DNA of 64,000 nucleotides, from contig OZ176054.1 in the NCBI GenBank assembly GCA_964247055.1, forward strand, positions 4,092,001 to 4,156,000. Direction: 5' to 3'. The stretch is from Paragordius varius. Taxonomy: Eukaryota > Animalia > Nematomorpha. The position numbers and the translations under genes were made by a program. The stretch's first letter is position 1; every line of letters begins with the position of its first letter. Below the pieces are notes generated by a model. It saw nothing but the letters and a program-made list of their open reading frames with translations, had not been told where the DNA came from and searched no databases. Shown one piece after another: positions 12,901-26,403 of this stretch.

Positions 12901-15900
12901 TGGCATCCCTTAAAGAACCATCAGATGATATATAATTGCCTAGATATGCAAAATGTTACAATATATAGGTCTCATTAAAATTAAATGAACGATTATTAAC
13001 TATTGTCAGTGGTATCGATAAAGCACATGGTGTACAGAAACTTATTTAATTGATTCGACTTTGGAATTTATTCCAATTCTTGCATTTAGTGCAACAAAGT
13101 GACTTTAGTTTTACCTTTGTGGCGCATACTGTTAAGAAAACTTGATGGGTCTGTGATCATCGCCTGTAATTAGGATATATTTTGGTTTTGTTTGTATTGA
13201 TTTTAAGACCGTGGTATGGTAATTGATTTAACCATATTAAATATTTGTTTTTTAGTAGTAAAATCATTTCTTTGGTAATTATGAGATCATCTGCGTATAG
13301 AATTGCACCAATCCTTTTCTAATCTTTTTTGTGCAGTCTAGTATAATATAGAAGAAGAGGACTTCAAAGTGAACCCGGATGTAGCCCGGTAATAAATATT
13401 AAAATATTCTGAATTTCCAGTTTTCGTAAGAACGTAGCTGATTGAGTTATTGTGGTTTAACATCATCAATTCAATAGTATATTCGACTACAATATTTTAA
13501 CGCAGTGATTATATTATTAGTGTTTTAGATACCGAGTCGTGAGCCTTTTCTAGGTTGGCAATCAGGTGGTCTGGTTTAAGACCTTTTGTTCGGTATTTGC
13601 ATTGGATTATTTGGGGCTGAGTAATACGATTTTTATGTATTTTCGGAGTTTTAAGGGTCTGCCGATAAATTGGAAAAGGAAATTCTAAATTTTAAAATCT
13701 CTAAACATATCAGAAACATTACAATAATAACAAAAAAGACATACCCAAACAAGGGCAAAATTTACACGATTGTCACATATGCTAGCGAATGTTGGCCCTT
13801 AAATCAAACTAATTTGAAATAGAAAGAAAAATCCTCAACCACGTCTCCTCAATCACTACCACAATGATAAAACAAATAATCATAAAAGCATACATAGTCT
13901 CTTTCATATCACACCTGTTTCTTCTTTTCTCAGAGCAAATCGTCTCAGGTGCTGGGGCCATATTGAACGCTCAAATGGTTGGATTAACAAAACTTTTCAT
14001 CCGAACGGCAATATAAGACGAGCCAGACCATATAATGATTGGGAAAAAACAATCAACCATGACACAAACTTAACTCGATTGACCAAAGACGACTGCTTCG
14101 ATCGCAAGTTATTTTGCTCAAGAATTTGTGAGCAAGCTCATGCAGGAGAAACAACGACCTGATGATGATGAAATAAAACCAGAATTGTTTAAATTCATAT
14201 GGCAAAGATTTTTGTACAAAATCCAAACCATTTACTACCCATCATCTGACAGAGATCTTTGTTGGGGGCTCTTAAAGACATTTACAATACAAGAAATCGA
14301 AATTGTTTTAGGCTAAATATTAAACAACGTTTCGGGCCCGTGAACTAAGCTTTGTTATACTAAAGCCGATGCCCAATATTTCCATCCTTTAAACAAATTT
14401 ATATAACAAAATAATAGTCGAAATGTAAATATCCTTAGACAGGGGAAAAAGCATTATATTCTCATCTTTAAAATGGAGATATCATAAACTGTTTTTTATA
14501 TAGAGCCCTAACTTGAGCATTAAAAATATTTGCTTGAAAAGTGGGATAACTTAGCTCATCTCAATAAAAATATTTATAATATATATTGGAGGTTTTATAG
14601 AAATTAATACGCTACTCCTGCTTGGGGCATATCGAAAAATTCTTTTTATAAATTATGGTAAAATCATTTTTTAACACGAAATTTGGGATGCACTAGTAGA
14701 TATATAATAGTTAAACCAAAGATTAAAATCTTTTACCGCATAATAACAAGTTTTTAATTGAAATTTGACCACAAGTGCGATTTTTTAGCTGTGAATCTTG
14801 TAACTCTTTTTTGGACGCTCTGAAAAGAATGTAAAATCTTTATCGATAATATTTTGCGTTTAGAATTCCTTATAATATATTTTAACGAATAAATTTTAGT
14901 TTTTGATTTTATTCGTACCTAATGTGCGATGAAAATTCGATTTTTTGATTTTCGCTAATAGCATAAAAATTGAAATAACTTAAAATCAAGTTTAACCGTT
15001 TTTACCATGATGATATTCATTATCTTTAACCTTTTGTTTCGAATGATATACCATTTCCCAGTCTAAATAAACGTTTTCCCAGTCAATCGAAACATTTTCC
15101 CAATCAATCGAAACATTTTCCCGGTCAATCGAAACGTTTTCCCAGTCAATAGAAACATTTTCCCAGTCAATAAAAACATTTTCCCAACCAATAAAAACGT
15201 TTTCCCAGTCAATAAAAACGGTTTTATTTTTGATGATAAATATCAAAACAAGACATAAAAATAACTTTCAGCCATTATCAGCATAATATTAGGATATTAT
15301 TTTTTTATAAAAACTTAATTATTGAATGACCATTTTTTAAGTATATTCCAGTGCACAATCATTAATGACTTATTCTATTAAAGAATGATATTTTTGGAAT
15401 TTGAGATGTTTTTAAGATAATATTTTTTATTTTATTAATGGTTCGCATTAATATTTGCCGAACGCCTTAAAACAGTTTTTAAACATGCCAAGTTTTTTTT
15501 ATAACAATACTGTCGGAAAAAATATCTAAACCAAAATTTTTTCGATAAAAATGTTTTTGATTTAAAAAATTTAATAAAAATATATTTGACTAAAACAGGG
15601 GTTAACCACGCGGGCCGCATTACTCAAAAAGCACGGCGTTCCATTCGATATATTTCATAAATAATTTTTTGGTTAGACATAATAAGACTGTAAAATACAA
15701 AAATATAACATTAAGATTTTGTGGGCATTTTGCATATAGATTTCCAAATTTTTCGTGGGCCGCACAAAGATACTCGGCAGGCCGCCTTAGTCCCCCGATG
15801 AACCAAATAAAAGATATTATAAAATTATGGTAAAATTTATGTTTAAGATCCAAAATGAAGTGTTAAATGACTTTTGAGATAAAAATGGCATATTATTTTT

Positions 15901-16995
15901 ATTTTTAATATTTCATCCGAAACTATAGATTTTTTAAGTTAGCCACAAATAATGCGAACCATTAATAAAATAAAAAATATTATCTTAAAAATCCAAATTC
16001 CAAAAATATAATTCTTTAAAATAATAAGTCATTAATGATTGTGCACTGGAATATATTTTGAAAATTGTCATTCAATAATTGTGTTTTTATAAAAAATAAT
16101 ATCTTAATATTACGCTGATAATGGTTAAAACTTATTTTTATATATTGTTTTGATATTTATCATCAAAAATAAAACCGTTTTTATTGACTGGGAAAACGTT
16201 TTTATAGATTGGGAAAATGTTTTTATTGACTGGGAAAATGTTTCGATTGACTGGGAAAACGTTTCGATTGACTGGAAAAATGTATTGATTGACTGGGAAA
16301 ACGTTTCGATTGACTGGGAAAACGTTTCGATTGATTGGGAAAATGTTTCGATTGACTGGGAACACGTTTATTTAGACTGGGAAATGGTATATATGATTTA
16401 TAAACACTTATTTTTTGATCCGCAATTTTGTCGCACCAATATATTGTGTAAATGTATATCCTAGCCCTTAAAATAATGACTGCGCTGGTGGATGTAATTA
16501 TAAATATCAGTACTAACCTGGATTATTCTGTGCGTCAATATGAGACGGAAAAGGGAAAATGTACGACTAAGCGGCCATCAGAACGCCTAGAAATGTTGGC
16601 ACAAAAGAAACAAGAAATTGAAGAAAACAATAATGATGTGTGCACACAATTGACATACATTTTCCGTAGCATATTTGTCCATCGTTATAGGTTGGTAGTA
16701 AATGTTATAAAAATTATTTTTTATAGTAAATATTACTTGGATCTTTTGGTTTGAGGTAGGTTCGTAATAATTGCATTGATCGTGACCCTTATAAAAATTG
16801 TTGCAGTTCTTATACTAAATTTTATCATTATCTTTCGAATATATGGTGTATAAGTTAAGGATAGATTTTTATTTACTGTATGACCTTGTAAAAAACTTTT
16901 TGCAGCGTATATGTTTTTGGAGAACATTGACTTTTTTCAAAAATATCCAGTTAAAGTTTAATACATACGCTTATATGTGTGATATATAAAATTAT

Positions 16996-17028
<33 letters not shown>

Positions 17029-20000
17029 AATTTGTATTTGAAATTGTAACGTTCATAAGTTTGAACAAGGCAAAATGTCATTTTATCATCACGCTTTTTA
17101 TAAATACTGTTAAAGCTATTATTTATCAGTTACAAACATGTTTAATCTAAAATTAATACTGTGGGTGGTCAGAATGGATTATATATATTGGCCCGTCAAA
17201 AACCTGCCTAATATAGCTATTATTAATTTTTAAAAATTGTTACTAACGAATGATTTAATCAAATCCTGTGTAATTTATTTCATAAAATATAACTTTAAAT
17301 GTGTAGAGATATTGTGCCAGATATACGGGCACTCTGTATGTTTGAACTTGGCATATGGATGAAACGATATCCTAAATTATTTTTGGATGATAGCTATCTC
17401 AAATACATTGGTTGGACGCTTTATGATAAGGTTTAAATCATTATTTTGATAAATTTTTAATTACTATAAAAGGTTGGAGAGGTACGTCTTAAATGTTTAA
17501 TGGCCCTGCAACCATTGTATTCTTCGGAGGAGTCTGCCACTAAACTTGAACTATTTACCAATAAATTTAAGGTACTTTTATTATTATACCAAAACTTTTA
17601 TAAATTTTTATCCAAGTTTTTATTTGCAAAATGTTACATGAAAAATTTACCTCACATATACTATTATAAATTGAGACAATTTTAGATATAATGTTTGAAA
17701 AAACCCGAGAATTTAAGCATTAATTTGCAATCTAAAAAAAATGTTTTATAATATTGGTTTAAAAACTATTATATAAAAGCGACCATTTTGAATTTAGTAA
17801 ATATTGTTTGCATATATTAATAGGACCGTATAGTGGCTATGACCTTAGACAAAGATTATGATGTTGCCGTACAAGCTGTCAAACTCATAAACTACATTTT
17901 GAAATATCACAAAGATATACTAACCGATCGGGATTGTGAACATGTCTATGAACTCGTTTATTCAATACATAAACAGGTTAATTTCATATTAATTTTTATT
18001 AATTAAATGTTTATCGTTAAATCTACAAAATCTTTTTACAAAAATTAAATACTAAAGTCAATACGTAAACAGTAAAAAATTAATATTTTCTTAAAAAACA
18101 ATTTAAATCCCTGACTTCTTTCTAAATATCTAAATTGGGTTATATAAAAAATAAACTAGAAAAATATTGTCTTTATAAAATCAATTAATTTTACATTTTT
18201 TTTCCCTAAAAAACTTTAGAAATATGGCATAAGATTTGTTTTATCTTTTTATTGATCTATTTACAATAAATACTTTGATCGTTATAATAATACTCGACTT
18301 ATATTAAAGGTTTCATAGTTAATCAAAAAAAATATGATTTAATTCCAATATTTATTAATAATATTCTATACTAAATCATCAAATTCAAATTGATTTTTTT
18401 AAAATGCCATTTAATTTACATAACCTTAATTAGTTAAAATTAATTTTTATGTTTTGTTTTTGGATAATTTTAATTAGGTCGCTCAAGCTGCTGGTGAGTT
18501 TTTGAAAGAAAGATTATTTACATTGGATGAGGATGCACTTAACAAGGTTGTAAAGACTAAACGGGGTAAAAAACGATTACCCAATACTCCACTAATCAGG
18601 GATCTAGTCCAATTTTTCATTGAAAGTGAGGTAATTTTAAACAAGTTTTTACGTTAATCGTTTGCATGTAAAATTAGTATGTTTAAATTTGGAACTATGA
18701 TGAAAAACAATATTTATATTAATAAAAAAAATTTAACCCTAATTTTATTGAATTTAATTGGAGGAGATTTATGAATGTTTGCAAGATTTAAATACTTTCC
18801 TAGTCTTCTGGTTTTAATCATGTTTTATACATACCTTTTTCAATTTTTATGTTATGTATATGTATTTTTGACAGCTTCATGAACATGCGGCCTACCTAGT
18901 TGATAGTTTGATCGAAACGAACGAAATGATGAAAGATTGGGAATGTATGACTGACCTTCTCTTGGAAGAACCTGGCCGTGGCGAAGAAGGTATATCCCCT
19001 AAAAGGATAAAAAATAAATTTAAAATTTATTTGGCTTAAATATTACGAAATTTAAATAATTAAAGTTAATTTAGGGAAAACATGTGAGAGAGTATTTAAA
19101 AAACGCACTCTTATTCTTTTATTTTTACTCTAACATAATTATTATTGTTGTTAATAAGTATATATATACTTAGTTATACAAATTCTTTTGATTATATAAT
19201 ATTAAATATGATTAATAGCCTTAGATAATCTTCAAGAAACGAGTTTAATTGAAATTATGACGTGTTGTATTAAACAAGCCTCGACAGGTGATTCACCAGT
19301 AGCACGCTCTGTTACACGCAAAACCCATGTATATAATTATTACAAAAGTTGAAGTATCCAAGATTTTATCTAATAAAGGAAAGATTATTAATTTGATTCA
19401 TCGTTTTTTCCGCATAATATAATTACGATTATGAAAACTTTCTTATGTGCGATGTAAAATGTAATAATAATATAATCAAAGCGGCAAATATTATTAATAT
19501 GACATTAAATTTTGTTTTCTTATTAATCTAATTATAAAATATTCAACTACGTTTGTATTACTAATTTACATCATTACTCAACCTTAACACATATCAAAAA
19601 ATTCAAGGTTTAAAAATTATTGTTTTCCATATTTAAATTTTTACTGTATAAACTCATTTTATTTCTATTATTTTATCTTGTGTTTATTTTTAATTTGAGG
19701 TAGGCATCTACAAAGGAAAATAAACAGCTAATGGAGGAAAGATCTAAAATCACCCAACATTTTATGGTTAATTTGCCTGTTCTCATTGCAAAAGTATTAT
19801 AAAAACCATCAGACATTATATTTCATTATTAATAATAAAATTATATCCTAAATATATATTATTTTTTTAGTATATTGCAGACCCAGAAAAAATTGGCAAT
19901 CTCTTATTAATCCCTCAGTATTTTGATTTGGATCTCTACGTATTAAATAGATGTGAAAAGGTAACTTGATGTTAACCCAATATAATTAATATAACATTTA

Positions 20001-23000
20001 TTAAATCCTAAAGATATAAACTACCTATCCTTTAAACTATAATTTTAAAATTTGAAACTCAAAATTGTACAGATTTTCCTTTATCACTGTAGCCTTAGGT
20101 GAGTGTAAGCTTCACTGGTTTATATAAAATTTAAGTCATTATCCTGCAAATCAAGAAATAAAGATGACTATAAACTAGATATTTCATAAATTCTTTAGAA
20201 ACTGATTTTATTATATGTAAAAAGGGTTGGGTTTTATCGGCTATAAATGCATGCAAAAATCATTCATCACCGTAAATGTGAATGCTTATAATAATAATTA
20301 ATCAAAAACTTTCATTAAAATTGTTTTATAATGCTATCTGTGTTTGACCATGAATGACTATTTATAAGCGATTAGATCGTTAGTCATTTTTCTTCGGTTA
20401 AAAATCAATCACCAATAAAATATTTTTAGCATCTTGAAGCCCTGCTTAAATATATGGAGGACATTGTTTGCAAACATTTGAATCCCGATGTTTTAAGTAC
20501 ATGTGCAAAAACTTATGAATGTTTATGTTTAAATGATGGAACGGTCGGTCAATACTGTAAAACATCTCGATCCACATTAATTGACATACTCATAGAACGA
20601 GTCAAAACAACTTTCGAAGATTTTGCTTTGCAAGTATTTTATAATTTATTTTGATTTGATATTGATATAACTCTTTTTTATAAAGGTTTTTTTTTCAAAA
20701 TGGATATCGGAAAAAAAAATCTTATGCGTTATAAATTATATAAAGTATCAATGAAGGTAGCACACGCGAAATCATTTTAGCTATTTTATTATGTTTGAAC
20801 AGAAAAAACAACCAGATGATGATCAAAATTTTGCTCTTTTGTCGAGTTTGAAGCGATTGGCTGCCTTTATTGAATTTCATGATATGTCTAATTGTGAGGT
20901 AAATACACTCTTTCTATATAACTCAAATCTGATTAATTATTATTCTGGGTTGTTTTTAATACATTAGTAAACTTTGTGATATAACCTTACTTTATAATTA
21001 GAAGATGTTGTTACTTAAGGACTGACTTTAATTGATAATAAACAACTAATGTATATAACCACAAATCACAAAAATTATTCTAATTCATTTTAATCATTTT
21101 TAACCAAATTTAACCATACAAATTTATAACAGCATATGTGCTACAAAATAACAATTTGTTTTTCATATTTTTTAGATTTGGGATGTTTTATTATCGATCA
21201 TGAAGATGGGGTGTGATTTAACCCTTAATTATAATGTGGATCCCGATATACTGGATAAAGCGCTAAGTGCGGCGCACTTTTTCCTCATATGGTAATTTCT
21301 TTGTCAATTTTTTATAAAATATCATTTAATATATTTTTGTATTTTTTTATATATATGAAACCAATCAAACATTTATTTACATAGAGTAAAATTTTTAAGG
21401 AAATAACATTACACCAAGAGATGAATTTTCCTACATTTTTGCATTATTTAATTTTTTCTTATGTGATATTTTCTCTTTTTTCCTATTTTTCCGTTACATC
21501 TATATATATTCATATACATTTGAAGGAATCTCCATTCCATTATAGAACAAGTCACTAATCTAAACTATAACAATAATACTGCTGTTAATATTAACATTGC
21601 CAATCAAAAAGAGACTATGAGTGGAACCGAAAATATTAGTAGCGCGACTAATAACGAAAATGTTGCAATAGATGTGGTGAATTCTTCTTGTCAAACCACA
21701 ACGGTTTTGCTTGAACAAATGAATGTTTTACGGGTGCGTTTAGCTGAATACACAACATGTGCCCAAGAGTTAATGTACGTCGGGGGATTTTTGGAGGAAG
21801 ATGTAAGCATAATTTGTGTAAATTATTAAATGTAAAAATTTACAAAGAACAGAAAATGTAAAAGATTCATTAAAGAGAATGTTTGAAAAAATGTCGCCAT
21901 CTTAATTGTTTTTTCTAAATCAAATATATGTTTAAATTATGTTATGCTGAATGATCTAGTAGTTGCAACTATATGTTTTATGACGTATACCCGCTTTGCT
22001 TGCTGAGTCAATTTGGTTATGTATAACGTTAACAAAAGGTTTTATTCTATGTACATGACCCCCTCAGCCTACTTATTTATTTTATATAAAAATAGTTATA
22101 AAAATCTCTACTTTTTATGGGATGCTCCAAATTTAAATACCGCTAATTTTTCCAAAAAAATGAATGACTTATCTAAATTTATGCACATATTTTTAGGTCA
22201 TTGATTTCAAAATAATGAATATATATATGTAAATTGGTAACATATTTCACAACGAAAAACGATAGCTTTTAAAAAATACGGGGAGAAAAATATTTTTTTT
22301 GATTTTTGATTGCTTTTTGTACTCTTGTATTATTTTGTCAAGGGGAAATTATTAGTATATTGATATTATCACCCCCTCTTTTCTAATAAGGTGTATAATA
22401 TTAACTGGCTTTAGGTGCAAAAAATGGTCTTTTTTAAAAAAACAACTATAATGGTATAAAATTAAAAAAACTGCAATACCTAATACTGAGTAAAAAGTAA
22501 TAATTAATAATTCAATATTAAAATTTATTCGATTATAGTTTTTGATTATTCTTAAGCATAGATTGCGGCTGAAAAATGTTATTTTTTCATAGATTGTTAA
22601 TTGGTGATACATGCTTAAATATATTAAGCCAATAATTTTTTTGGGGGGAAACTTACATGGGAAATTTTAATTACTATCGACTATCAATTTAAATATATCT
22701 CTCTATACAATTATATTAATATCCTATTTTTGTGTACAAAATACATTAATTTATTCTCATTAATAGGCTTATTTATCAATTTGTGATTTGCTTATCTACT
22801 TCAATCGTCACATACCCTATTCCAATTCGTTGCTGAAAAACGTGGTGTTTGAGCCGGATAAAAATACCATTGTATATATATATTTATATTTCGCTATAAT
22901 TGGAATAATTTAATTACGAGAACGAATTTTTACACTAATATATTTATTTTTTTACAATGAACCTTGGAACACCATATTTTATTCATCATTGATTTTTTTT

Positions 23001-26000
23001 ATATACTACCTTACTTACAATTCCAAAATATATTGATTCTGTTGCCAATTTAAATTTTACCTAATCCCAAAAATGTGTGTTATGTTAAAATATCCAAGGT
23101 TTAAAAAATATATTTATCTTTCATTTTTTATGTTATCTTTTGTTTTTACACCATTTTATATTTATTATGGTTTTGTATTCTTAGACGCAACTTAACAATT
23201 TCGTTATGGAAAAGGTGTTTGTTAATTCCCAGCAAAACGATGAAGAAAATAATGGACAAACCAAAATTGAGCAATTGCGGAAGGGACGGAACTTTTTAGC
23301 CTCTTTTTGTAAACTTATCATTTACAATGTCATTGGTATTCACAATGCTGTCGATATCTTCAGAAATTACACAAAGGTAAAAAATGTGATGTTTTTACAT
23401 TATTTTACAGTAAAAATTAAGATTAATATGAAGGCAAAACATAAGAAGTAAGAGACTAATATTTATTTTACAAAAAAATATATTTTTTTTTAAATTTTAA
23501 TTTTTAACCTATCATTTTGGTTTCTAAATAGAAATGTAAATTGGATAGGCATTTTATAGTTTACCCAGTGGCGTACCGAGCATTTGCGGCGCCCGGGGCA
23601 TAAAACTTTTATGGCACCCCTCTCCCCTTTTTATTAAAAGCTAATAAAACAATTTAGTAAAAAAAAACAAACGTTGTAACCTAAACACCATAGATATGAC
23701 AGCACAGTCATATAAATTTTAAATCTATTAAATATATATATTTATATGATACTAAATTTATTCAATGGTAGTAATTAGATGAATAATAGAGTATATATTA
23801 TAGGGATTATTACTTAAATTGCTGAAAAATCTCATTTGAAAGTTCTTATTATTTTTGCATAATTAAAATTTAATTTTAAAAAATATTTAGGCGCCCCTAA
23901 ATAACGGCGCCCGGGGCATGATGCATCCCTTTGCTCCCCCCCCTCGGTACGCCCCTGATTTGACCCGTTATTTAAGTTATATTATAAACGATTAAAAAAA
24001 CTTGCTTTCTTTTAGTTTTATCCTTAATTTAAGAAATTATTTTTTTAAGATTCAAATCGCATGAAGATTAAATATGACTTGATATTTATCAATTTTTTTG
24101 ATTAACAAAATTTACAACCTTCATTTATTTACTAGTTTTACATTGACTACGGAGATATCATAAAGCTGACTTTGGCAAAGGCTCGTGAGATCAATAAAGT
24201 ATAAACCCTTTAAATATATATTTTGCATTTGTTTGCTTGGAATTAATAATTAAATCGTATTTTTTCCGTAATTTAGGTTACACATGAATCTTTTATTTTT
24301 GCAAATTAAATAATGTTTCCCAAATCTATCGCATTTATAAATGTGTATATATATAGGTAAGTTGTGCAAAAGTCATTATCACAGCCTTGCAATGTCAATA
24401 TAAGGACATAATTAAGGCTTGTCAAAAAGAGTTTTTGGAAAGTGGGACAACGCACAAAGATACTGCAATCAAACAACAGCAAAATAAAATTCCTTTGGAT
24501 GTTCTCATTCACTCTACGGCATGGTTAGAGGGTTTTAGCGCTCTTAAAGAGCTAGGGAGACGGTTTTGTCTTTCATTTGGTCTGGATCAAATTAAAATTC
24601 GAGAAGCTATCGCTTTAATTCATAAGTAATTTTTTGCAAGGGTGTTTTTATATTGATATTTAGATCTAATCTATTTACAAGAATTGTTTTTGGTTGTTCT
24701 AAGACAATTTTACCATTTGGTGTTCGTTTTAAAACAGTTTTAAACCAATAATTTAACGCTATTCTTTGGTGTTTTAATAGGATTGCGCTCCCATTTTTCA
24801 ATTTACTGATAATTGGCATAAAATTTCATTTTTTTTTAAATTAAAAAAATACTTTTTTATGTTAAATATAAAAATAATATTAAATTATAAATAATCTTAA
24901 TGTGCGGTTCTGTTTTTTAAAACAGTTTTTTTTCAGACCTGTTTTTTTGTATCAAAATGAATCCGATAAAATTTGCCACTGAAAACAGTTACGGTTTTAA
25001 ATAATGTTTATACACATTTAGAGATGGTATCATATTTGCTTTTGCGTCTGGAGATCAAACCTCAAACGGGCCACCAATCAATATATATTTTTTGGATATT
25101 GTTTCAGAATTTTCTAACAAACTAATGAAGCAAGACAAACGAACTGTGTTAGTTGTTTTTGAGTTTTATGTTTTCATTTTATAAATATATGTGATATGCA
25201 GTATATTGGCTTTAAGTTGGTGAATAGAAAACAAAATATATTTTTTTACTTTCAGTCAATATTGCTTAAACTGGCATATTGAAAAAATAATTTTCTCACA
25301 ATCTATATTTTTGTGTTTACACTTTTTTTGTTTCATTATAATACTAATTTTGTATTAAAATTAGTCCATAAATATCTCTTTTACTTTTTATTGTTTTTAG
25401 CCAATAATAATATTCTTTACTGTTAATGCTACCTGGCGATATTTGTATACAAATCTAGCAATATTGTATTTTTACTCATACTATATACAGTTAAAATGGA
25501 AATGATACAAATTAAACTTAAAAACTATAAGACACGCATTTTTTAAAAAGATAACCATACTTTTTTAAACCTTGATTTATCCTACATAAACTATTTAAAT
25601 ACAAATCACATTTATACGCTATTTTCTCCTTTCAAAGGAGGTAAGTGTGTTATAGTTTTCCATTTGTTTCTGTCTTCTGCTTGTTCGATTTTGATGTTGA
25701 GAAAATCTAGGTCTTCTTGAATGGTGGATTGCCAGGTTTTATAAGGTCTGCCTTTTTTTGTTTTTATTATTGGTTGAATATGACTACAATATCATTTTAA
25801 TATAATTGAGTGTGTTATCAATTACATTCCTCTTCCATATTTTGCAACTTAAAAGATAAATTGTATATAAAGAATGAGGTATAAAAAATAATTGTAATTT
25901 TTACGTTTTGTGTCTGTATAATTTGGAATTGTTATATTCTGATTTTTTTCAAAGTCTCAATTTTTTGGATCGCCATTTACCGGCTGGTGGTTTGACGTCT

Positions 26001-26124
26001 TGTAAAGAGGACTGGCAACCCCTTCATAATTATCGGAATGGCCTTTCTCAACATCTCGATAACACGTCCATTGTATTAAGCAATATCTCCCAAGCATTGG
26101 AAGATGCTACAATTAAAACCAAAG
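9928..26124 (+). CDS. STAG: Cohesin subunit SA/stromalin (Scc3 family); exons 9928-9992, 10018-10051, 10079-10189, 10214-10387, 11374-11575, 16465-16690, 17307-17430, 17473-17571, 17824-17976, 18478-18630, 18875-18989, 19219-19328, 19704-19793, 19871-19960, 20430-20633, 20803-20898, 21176-21291, 21526-21802, 22767-22871, 23185-23376, 24136-24198, 24357-24625, 25022-25147, 25955-26124
   Basis: Phase-consistent GT-AG exons encode family motifs [85 protein letters not shown] and [27 protein letters not shown]. The paralog (STAG1/2/3) cannot be assigned. Confidence 0.93.
13040..13690 (-). mobile_element. Decayed RTE-like reverse transcriptase fragment
   Basis: The minus strand reads GLHPGSL*SPLLLYIILD and LYADDLII (YADD at ~13286-13297), with stops and frameshifts. 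Confidence 0.75.
13745..14118 (+). mobile_element. Decayed 3' fragment of the same RTE family as 47240-50864
   Basis: Near-collinear with the reverse complement of ~47280-47720 (e.g. gctagcgaatgttggcccttaaa, ctcagagcaaatcgtctcag, ccgaacggca, gatcgcaag), with deletions. Confidence 0.85.
15046..16392. mobile_element. Inverted-repeat (foldback/MITE-like) element with subterminal 21-bp tandem repeats, in STAG intron 5
   Basis: Arms ~15046-15458 and ~15946-16392 are reverse complements around a ~490-bp spacer. The unit GACTGGGAAAACGTTTCGATT occurs 8 times in the left arm and 10 times in the right. Termini are TA|CCATTTCCCAGTC...GACTGGGAAATGG|TA. Confidence 0.8.
15596..15797. mobile_element. hAT-like MITE remnant inside the spacer of the inverted-repeat element
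   Basis: Begins CAGGGGTTAACCACGCGGGCCGCA, has an internal GGGCCGCA motif and ends with a degenerate GTCCCCCG. Confidence 0.45.
23566..23957. mobile_element. hAT-superfamily MITE in a STAG intron
   Basis: TIRs CAGTGGCGTACCGAG / CTCGGTACGCCCCTG, internal GGCGCCCGGGGCA motifs, and a decayed 8-bp TSD (agtttacc / atttgacc, 6/8 matches). Confidence 0.8.
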
Positions 26125-26403
26125 GTATAATATCTGTTTTATAGTGAAAAATTATAAAAAATAATGACAAAAGTTAAATTAAATACTATAAAAATCGTTT
26201 TCCGTATTTAATCTGTTTAAAAATATAATATATTTGAATTACTAAATTGTTGTTTTAAGTATTACAAGGAAATAAATATACACATAATAATTGTCTACCA
26301 ACAAAATTTATTTTAATTTTATATAAAAACTTTAGTCTTTTACCCATTACAAATTTTATTTACTTTTAATTTTTATTTTGACATTTAACATTGTATGCAC
26401 TAG

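Noticed and set aside
14992-16464. ORFs encoding (DWENVSI)n or (FPVNRNV)n repeat proteins, and a possible CRISPR array
   Set aside because: They are translations of a 21-bp tandem repeat in both arms of an inverted-repeat element within a STAG intron. There are no unique spacers and no cas genes.
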